From Massalongia carnosa (Eukaryota): DNA of 64,000 nt. Shown here in pieces: positions 62,753-64,000 of this stretch; the stretch's first letter is position 1; each line of letters begins with the position of its first letter. The position numbers were made by a program, and so were the translations under genes. Location of the stretch: the NCBI GenBank assembly GCA_965645245.1, contig OZ287077.1:1302001-1366000 (forward strand), in the 5' to 3' direction. The notes under the pieces are model-generated. The model had not been told where the DNA came from. It was given only the letters and a program-made list of their open reading frames with translations, and ran no database searches.

Positions 62753-63611
62753 GCTGCTATCCGAGCGAGACGAATGATGGGAGACGGAACGAGCGCGGGT
62801 GTTAGTTAAATGCTGGGCCGGTCTGGGCCTCTGCGGGAGGGGCTACGGCCTTTCTCGCCATCATGGGCGTTTTTGAGCTCATGACTGGATTCTGACAATG
62901 GGAAAGCTTGCTTCCCTGATTCTAAAAGTTCTGGAAGTTCTGGAATTTGGATCGGTTTGGATTCGCACAAACGATCAGTCTGGAAAGTTACTGGAACGGG
63001 TTTTCACCCTATCTGGAAGAAAGTTGCTGGAACGGGACCTCGTCCCTACTGGAAGTTCTGGAAGAAAGAATACTAATAGGTAGATAAATTGTGTAAGGAA
63101 GCTGTCGTCGATTCTAATCAACCGCTATTAAACCAAAATTTATCTACAAAAGAAGAAAAGAATCATTGTGCGCGACTCGCTAGAAATATCTGCACCGAGT
63201 GTCGCGATAGCCTCGTGTGCTCGCGTGCTCCCCTTCCATCTCAGCCTTATGTCAGGCTAGGACCCTGACAGTCGTGCCGTGTAGAATCGTGACACCAAGT
63301 ATCTATACGCGTTCTATTGATTTCAGCTGATAACTGCATAGGGAGACTTGAACTCTTAGGAGCTAGAACGCGTGTCGACTGTGCCCGGGTGGGGGATGAT
63401 GCGGCTCCTTTAATTCATATCTTCTTCCAGCTGATAACTGCAAAAAGGGACTTGAACCCTTATAAGTATAGTGCAGGGACGCGCGCATGCGACCCGCCTG
63501 CGGTAAGCCTTCGAATCTTCTTCCGTACATACGTCTGCGAAGTGTATAAAAGTGTTAAATTAGCGTCTTCATGTTAAGGACCAATAGTGTAGAATGAGGA
63601 AGACCGATAGT

Positions 63612-64000
63612 GACGATAATCAATCAAACGAGTTTGAACAGTTTGTTAAGAATACAAAGCAGATTGTTGCAAAATCAAATTTTATCGACTTTGAATTAAA
63701 GTTATTCGCAAAAGAAGAAATGATAAATTTTTACACAAAGCAATCTCTCGCAAAAGAATAAGATCTACTTATTCGAAGACGTTAGAATTCACAAAAGAGA
63801 ACACAGAACGAATTATATTCGAAAAACAAGAAAAAGAAAAAAGAAAAAGCACAACAATTGCATGAGAATCTGACGAATAAAACGTAATGTTATACACATC
63901 AAGAGAATTGTTACGCGAAAAAATAAAAGAATTCGACAAAAGCAAGTGAAAAAACTTAACAAACAAGATGTCACGATTCATCCGCATCCACTCAAGGCCA
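63612..64000 (+). pseudogene. Heavily mutated C-terminal fragment of a P2-type pogo transposase
   Basis: NTKQIVAKSNFIDFEL and MRI*RIKRNVIHIKRIVTRKNKRIR align by eye with P2 NTKEVVAKSTLTNFEL and MRTWRIKRDSVHAEGVIARKNENIR. Confidence 0.75.

Larger units (their letters stand above)
56976..63270 (-). mobile_element. Ty3/Gypsy chromovirus G2 with 179-bp LTRs (56976-57154 and 63092-63270), degenerate
   Basis: TSD GTCGT, LTRs differ at 4 positions by eye, PPT at ~57155-57168. Confidence 0.95.
56744..63294. mobile_element. Solo LTR (~250 bp net: 56744-56975 plus 63276-63294) hosting G2
   Basis: TGTTATGAT..ATCGTGACA inverted termini, diverged TSD CTAGG/CCAAG. Confidence 0.8.
56375..63612 (-). repeat. 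Second copy (X2) of the T-loop-module element, in two parts: 56375-56743 and 63300-63612
   Basis: Reverse complement of 24556-25291 once the nested LTR insertion is removed. Confidence 0.82.

Noticed and set aside
62925..63066. CTGGAA-type short repeats as a separate element
   Set aside because: They lie inside the G2 5' leader between PBS and gag, where such repeats are common
695..63577. Numerous short antisense and alternate-frame ORFs recurring in the track
   Set aside because: They shadow transposon ORFs and recur only because the parent elements are repeated

Overview
A gene-free 64-kb pile-up of nested transposable elements, most likely from a filamentous ascomycete (inferred from the Tad1-clade LINE, chromoviral Ty3/Gypsy, Fot1/pogo and hAT families). 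No host gene, rRNA, complete tRNA or CRISPR array was recognised. The first 37 kb is dominated by one RNase H-bearing Tad1-like LINE family (LINE-A, at least 9 copies or fragments) plus other LINE families and solo LTRs. 37.8-56.3 kb is a four-level nest inside a ~570-bp TRIM. It holds a Gypsy element (carrying a hAT, a pogo and a copia-like solo LTR) and a second pogo (carrying a LINE and a third pogo). 56.4-63.6 kb is a non-coding repeat containing a solo LTR, which contains a second Gypsy. Most insertions were resolved by reading target-site duplications (TSDs) directly. Most interesting: a TRIM with a Tf1-type self-priming signal; an unclassified non-coding element built from covarying T-loop/B-box hairpin modules; evidence for a RIP-like process that removes CC/GG dinucleotides; and LINE insertions with doubled 3' ends suggesting template jumping. 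All coordinates were read by hand and may be off by a few bases. Many ORF-track starts are TTG/GTG/CTG and are not real initiation codons here.
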